In this document: positions 57,431 to 64,000 of the stretch, piece after piece
How the letters are laid out: the number at the start of each line of letters is the position of its first letter
Numbering within the stretch: position 1 is the first letter of the stretch
Assembly: GCF_009914755.1 (NCBI RefSeq)
Contig: NC_060946.1
Reading direction: 5' to 3' (one strand)
DNA: 64,000 bases
Source: the human T2T-CHM13v2.0 reference genome, Homo sapiens
The notes under the pieces: generated by a model
Database searches by the model: none
What the model was told of the DNA's origin: nothing
Seen by the model: the letters and a program-made list of their open reading frames with translations, nothing else
Program-made: the position numbers and the translations under genes

Positions 57431-60400
57431 TGAGAATGCTTCTGTGTAGTTTTTATGTGAAGATATTTCCTTTTTCACCATAGGCCTCAAAGAGCTCCAA
57501 AAGTCCACTTGCGGATCCTGCAAAAAGAGTGTTTCAACCCTGCTCTATGAAAAGGAAGGTTCAACTCTGTGAGTTGAATGTACACATCACAAAGTAGTTT
57601 CTGAGAATGCTTCTGTCTAGTTTTTATGTGAAGATATTCCCGTTTCCAATGAAGGCCTCAAAGCAGTCCAAATATCTACTTGCAGATTCTACGAAAATAG
57701 TGTTGCAAAACTACTCTACGAAAAGGGAGGTTCGACTCTGTGAGTTGAATGCAAACATCACAAAGAAGTTTCTGACAATGCTTCTGTCTAGTTTTTATTT
57801 ATAGATATTTCCTTTTCCACCATAGGCCTCCAAGTTCTCCAAATGTCTGCTTGCAGATTCTACAAAAAAAGTGCTTCAAACCTGCTCTATCAAAAGAAAG
57901 GTTCAATTCTGTGAGTGGAATGCACACATCACAAAGAGATTTCTGAGAATGATTCTGTCTAGTGTTTATGTGAAGATATCCCCTTTTCCAATGAAGGCCT
58001 CAAAGCGGTTCAATTATCCCCTTGCAGATTCTACAAAAAGAGTGTTTCAAACCTGCTTTATTAAAGGAAAGCTTCAACTCTGTGAGTTGAACACACACAT
58101 CACAAAGAAGTTTCTGAGAATGCTTCTATCTAGTGTTTATTTGAAGATATTCCCATTTCCAACGAAGGCTTCAAAGCGTTCCAAATATCCACGTGCAGAT
58201 TCTGCAAAAAGAGTGCTTCAAAACTGCTCTATGAAGACGTATGTTCAACCCTGTGATTTGAAAGCACACATCATAAAGTAGTTCCGAAGAATTATTCTGT
58301 GTGGTTTTTATATAATGATATTTCCTTTTCCATCATAGGCCTCAAAGCTCGCCATATGTCCACTTGAAGATTCTACAAAAAGACGGTTTCAAACCTGCTC
58401 TATGAAAAGAAAGGTTCAACTCTGTGAGTTGAATGCACACATCACAAAGCAGTTTCTGAGAATGCTTCTGTCTAGTGTTTATGTGAAGATAATCCCGTTG
58501 CCAACAAAGGCCTCAAAGCAGTGCAAATATCCACTTGCAGATTCTACTAAAAGAGTGTTTCAAAAGTACTCTATGATAAGGTATGTCCAACCCTGTGAAT
58601 TGAATGCACACATCATAAGAAGTTTCTGAGAATGCTTCTGTCTAGTTTTTAATGGGAAGATATTTCCTTTTCCACCATAGGCCTCAAAGCACTCCAAATG
58701 TCCACTTGCAGATTCTGGAGAAAGAGTGTTTCAAACCTGCTCTATCAAAAGAAAGGTTCAACTCTGTGAGTTGAATGCACACAGTTCAAAAAAGTTTTTG
58801 AGAAAGCTTCTGTCTGGTGATTATGTGAAGATATTCCCCTTTGCAACAAAGGCCTCAAAGCGGTCCAAATATTCACTTGCAGATTCTACAAAAAGAGTGT
58901 TTCAAAACTGCTCTATGAAAAGGTGTGTTCAACTCTGTGAGTTGAATGCAAACATCACAATGTAGTTCCTTAGAATTCTTCTGTCTGGTTTTTATTTAAA
59001 GATATTTCCTTATCCACCATAGGCCTCATAGCTCTAAAAATGTCCGGTGCCGATTCTACAAAAAGAGGGTTTCAAACATGCTCTATCAAAAGAAAGTTTC
59101 AACCCTTTGAGTTGAATGCACACATCACAAAGAAGTTTCAGAGAATGCTTCTGTCTAGTGTGTATGTGAAGATATTCCCGTTTCCAAAGAAGGCCTCCAA
59201 GTGGTCCAAATATACATTTCCACATTCTACAAAAAGAGTGTTTCAAAACTGCTCTATCAAAAGAAAGGTACAACTCTGTGAGTAGAATGCACACCTCACA
59301 AAGAAGTTTCTGAGCATGCTTCTCTCTAGTTTTTATGTGAAGATATTTACTTTTCCACCATAGGCCTCAATCCTCTTCAAATGTCCCCTTGCAGATTCTA
59401 CAAAAAGAGAGTGTTTCAAACATGCTCTATCAAAAGAAAGTTTCAACTCTTGGGGTTGAATGCACACATCACAAAGAAGTTTCTGATAATGCTTCTGCCT
59501 GTTTTTGTGTGAACATATTCCCATTTCCAACAAAGGCCTCAAAGCGTTTCAAATATCCACTTGCATATTCTACGAAAAGAGTGTTTCAAAACTGCTCTAT
59601 GAAAAGGTATCTTCAACTCTGTGAGTTGAATGCAAACATCGTAAAGAATTTTCTGAGAATTCTTCTCTCTTATTTTTATATGAAGATATAACCTTTTCCA
59701 CCATAGGCCTCAAAGCTCTCCAAATGTCAATTTGCAGATTCTACAAAAAGAGTGCTTCAAAGCTGCTCTATGAAAAGAAAGGTTCCACTCTTTGTGTTTA
59801 ATGCATGCATGAAAAAGAAGTTTTTGAGAATGCTTCTGTCTAGTGTTTATGTGAAGACATTCCCGTTTCCAAAGAAAGCCTCATAGCGGTCCAAATATCC
59901 ACTTGCAGATTCCGTAAAAAGAGTGTCTCAAAACTGCTCCAAGGAAAGGTATCTTCAACTCTGTGAGTTGAATGCAAACATCACAAACACGTTTCTGAGA
60001 ACGCTTCTGTCTAGTTTTTGTGTGAAGATATTTCCTTTTCCACCATAGGACTCAAAGCTCTCCAAATGTCCACTTGCAGATACTAAGAAAAGAATGTTTC
60101 AAACCTGCTCTATGAAAGGAGAGGTTCAACTCTGTGAGTTGAATGCACACATCACAAAGAAGTTTCTGAGAACGCTTCTCTCTAGTTTTTATGTGAAGAT
60201 ACTTCCTTTTCCACCATAGATCTCAAAGCTCTCCAAATGTCCACTTCAGATTCTACAGAATGAATGTTTCCAACCTGCTCTATCAAAAGAAAGGTTCAAC
60301 TCTGTGAGTTGAATGCACACATCACAAACAAGTTTATGAGAATGCTTCCGTCTAGTTTTTATGTGAAGATATATCCTTTTCCACCATAGGCCTCAAAGAG

Positions 60401-63400
60401 CTCCAAATGTCCACTTGCAGATCCTGCAAAAAGAGTGTTTCAACGCTGCTCTATGAAAAGAAAGGTTGAACTCTGTGAGTTGAATGCATACATCAAAAGT
60501 AGTTTCTGAGAATGCTTCTGTCTAGTTTTTATATGAAGATATTCCCATTTCCAATGACGGCCTCAAAGCAGTCCAAATATCCACTTGCAGATTATAAGAA
60601 AAGAGTGTTTCAAAATTGCTCTATGAAAAGGGAAGTTTAACTCTGTGAGTTGAATGCAAACATCACAAAGAAGTTTCTGACAATGCTTCTGTCTAGTTTT
60701 TATTTATAGATATTTCCTTTTCCACCATAGGCCTCAAAGCTCTCCAACTGTCAACTTGCAGAATCTACAAAAAAAAATTGTTTCAGACCTGCTCTATGAA
60801 AAGAAAGGTTCAATTCTGTGAGTGGAATGCGCACATCACAAAGAAGTTTCTGAGAACGATTCTGTCTAGTGTTTATGTGAAGATATCCCCTTTTCCAACG
60901 AAGGCCTCAAAGCGGTTCAAATATCCACTTGCAGATTCTGCAAAAAGAGTGCTTCAAAACTGCTCTATGAAGAGGTATGTTCAACCCTGTGATTTGAAAG
61001 CACACATCATAAAGTAGTTCCTAAGAATTATTCTGTCTGGTTTTTATATAATGATATTTCCTTTTCCATCATAGGCCTCAACGCTCGCCATATGTCCACT
61101 TGAAGATTCTACAAAAAGACGGTTTCAAACCTGCTCTATGAAAAGAAAGGTTCAACTCTGTGAGTTGAATGCACACATCACAAAGCAGTTTCTGAGAATG
61201 CTTCTGTCTAGTGATTATGTGAAGATAATCCCGTTGCCAACAAAGGCCTCAAAGCAGTGCAAATATCCACTTGCAGATTCTACTAAAAGAGTGTTTCAAA
61301 AGTGCTCTACGATAAAGTATGTTCAACTCTGTGAATTGAATGCACACATCATAAGAACTTTCTGAGAATGCTTCTGTCTAGTTTTTATGGGAAGATATTT
61401 CCTTTTCCACCATAGGCCTCAAAGCACTCCAAATGTCCACTTGCGGATTCTAGATAAAGAGTGTTTCAAACCTGCTCCATCAAAAGAAAGGTACAACTCC
61501 GTGAGTTGAATGCACACAGTACAAAAAAGTTTTTGAGAAAGCTTCTGACTAGTGATTATGTGAAGATATTCCTGTTTCCCACGAAGGCCTCAAAGCGGTC
61601 CAAATATTCACTTGCAGATTCTACAAAAAGAGTGTTTCAAAACTGCTCGATGAAAAGGTATGTTCATCTCTATGAGTTGAACGCAAACATCACAATGTAG
61701 TTCCTTAGAATTCTTCTGTCTGGTTTTTATTTACAGATATTTCCTTTTCCACCATAGGCCTCATAGCTCTAAAAATGTCCGGTACCGATTCTACAAAAAG
61801 AGTGTTTCAAACATGCTCTATCAAAAGAAAGTTTCAACCCTTTGAGTTGAATGCACACATCACAAAGAAGTTTCTGAGAATGCTTCTGCCTGTTTTTGTG
61901 TGAACATATTCCCGTTTCCAACGAAGGCCTCAAAGCATTCCAAATATCCACTTGCATATTCTATGAAAGAGTGTTTCAAAACTGCTCTATGAAAAGGTAT
62001 CTTCAACTCTTAATTGAATGCAAGCATCACAAAGAAGTTTCTGAGATTTCTTCTCTCTAATTTTCATATGAAGATATAACCTTTTACCCCATAGGCCTCA
62101 AAGCTCTCCAATTGTCAACTTGCAGATTCTACAAAAAGAGTGTTTCAAAGCTGCTCTATCAAAAGAAAGGTTCAACTCCTTGAGTTTAATGCACGCATGA
62201 CAAAGAAGTTTTTGAGAATTCTTCTGTCTAGTGTTTATGAGAAGATATTTCCGTTTCTAATGAAGACCTCATAGCCGTCCAAATATCCACTTGCAGAATC
62301 TACAAAAAGAGTGTCTCAAAACTGCTCCATGGAAAGGTATCTTCAACTCTGTGAGTTGAATGCAAACATCACAAAGACGTTTCTGAGAATGCTTCTATCT
62401 AGTTTTTGTGTGAAGATACTTCCTTTTCCACCATAGGACTCAAAGCTCTCCAAATGTCCACTTTCAGATTCTACAAAAAGAGTTTTTCAAACCTGCTCTA
62501 TGAAAAGAGAGGTTCAAATCTGTGAGTTGAATGCACACATCACAAAGAAGTTCCTGAGAATGCTTCTCTCTAGTTTTTATATGAAGATACTTCCTTTTCC
62601 ACCATAGGCCTCAAAGCTCTCCAAATGTCCACTTCAGATTCTACAAAATGAATGTTTCAAACCTGCTCTACCAAAATAAAGGTTCAGCTCTGTGATTTGA
62701 ATGCGCACATCACAAATAATTTTACGAGAATGCTTCTGTCTAGTTTTTATGTGAAGATATATCCTTTTCCACCATAGGCCTCAAAGAGTTCCAAATGTCC
62801 ACTTGCAGATCCTGCAAAAAGAGTGTTTCAACCCTGCTCTATGAAAAGGAAGGTTCAACTCTGTGAGTTGAATGCACACATCACAAAGGAGTTTCTGAGA
62901 ATGCTTCTGTCTTGGGTTTATGTGAAGACACTCCCGTTTCCAATGAAGGCCTCAAAGTGGTCCAAATATCCACTTGCAGATTCTACTAAAAGAGTGTTTC
63001 AAAAGTGCTCTATGATAAGGTATGTTCAACTCTGTGAATTGAATGCACACATCATGAAAACTTTCTGAGAATGCTTCTGTCTAGTTTTTATGGGAAGATA
63101 TTTCCTTTTCCACCATAGGCCTCAAAGCACTCCAAATATCCACTTGCTGATTCTAGAAAAAGAGTGTTTCAAAACTGCTCCATCAAAAGAAAGGTACAAG
63201 TCCGTGAGTTGAATGCACACAGTACAAAAAAGTTTTTGAGAAAGCTTCTATCTAGTGATTATGTGAAGATGTTCCCATTTCCAACGAAGGCCTCAAAGTG
63301 GTCCAAATATTCACTTGCAGATTCTACAAAAAGAGCATTTCAAAACTGCTCGATGAAAAGGTATGTTCATCTCTATGAGTTGAACGCAAACATCACAATG

Positions 63401-64000
63401 TAGTTCCTTAGAATTCTTCTGTCTGGTTTTTATTTGAAGATATTTCCTTTTCCACCATAGGCCTCATAGCTCTAAAAATATCCGGTACCGATTCTACAAA
63501 AAGAGTGTTTCAAACATGCTCTATCAAAAGAAAGTTTCAACTCTTTGAGTTGAATGCACACATCACAACGAAGTTTCTGAGAATGCTTCTGCCTGTTTTT
63601 GTGTGAACATATTCCCGTTTCCAACGAAGGTCTCAAAGCGTTCCAAATATCCACTTGCAGAGTCTAGGAAAAGACTGTTTCAAAACTGCTCTATGAAAAG
63701 GTATGTTCAACTCTGAGTTGAATGCAAGCATCACAAAGAAGTTTCTGAGAATTCTTCTCTCTAATTTTTATATGAAGATATAACCTTTTACACCATAGGC
63801 CTCAAAGCTCTCCAAATGTCAACTTGCAGATTCTACAAAAGGAGTGTTTCAAAGCTGCTTTATCAAAAGAAAGGTTCAACTCTTTGAGTTTAATGCACGC
63901 ATGACAAAGAAGTTTTTGAGAATGCTTCTGTCTAGTGTTTATGAGAAGATATTTCTGTTTCTAATGAAGGCCTCATAACGGTCCAAATATCCACTTGCAG
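57431..64000 (-). repeat. Divergent SF5-like HOR, ~2.5 copies of variable length (17-, 14-, 10-monomer periods)
   Basis: The private marker gatcctgcaaaa occurs at 57514, 60420 and 62808. gctctaaaaat.tccggt occurs at ~59031, ~61766 and ~63470. Paralogous ORF-track peptides are at 58402/61138 and 58726/61461/63164. Confidence 0.8.

Noticed and set aside
39332-63654. Similar short ORFs in the right-hand satellite
   Set aside because: Same satellite translation artefact; used only as periodicity markers.

Overview
This window is primate (most likely human) centromeric alpha-satellite DNA with ~171-bp monomers, all in one orientation (reverse of the conventional strand, since CENP-B boxes read TCCCGTTTCCAACGAAA). 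It captures the edge of a centromeric array as an age gradient. (1) 1-~21.2 kb: a homogeneous 1364-bp 8-mer higher-order repeat (HOR) of suprachromosomal family 2 that I recognise from memory as D14Z9/D22Z1-like (chr14/22). (2) ~21.2-25.3 kb: divergent copies of the same HOR. (3) ~25.3-40.8 kb: divergent A/B-alternating SF2-like satellite, interrupted by a full-length, inactivated L1PA2/young-L1PA3 element with a 14-bp target-site duplication (TSD) and a ~340-bp 3' transduction. (4) ~40.8-57.4 kb: SF5-like (R1/R2) monomeric satellite with patchy old duplications. (5) ~57.4-64 kb: a second, divergent HOR with 17-, 14- and 10-monomer variants. There are no host genes, and the many short satellite ORFs are translation artefacts. 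I see no new biological system. The most informative items are the L1 transduction (carrying a nested mini-L1 and a possible echo of the source-locus TSD), the 2-HOR super-repeats and the shrinking divergent HOR. Subfamily and array names are recognition, not database results.
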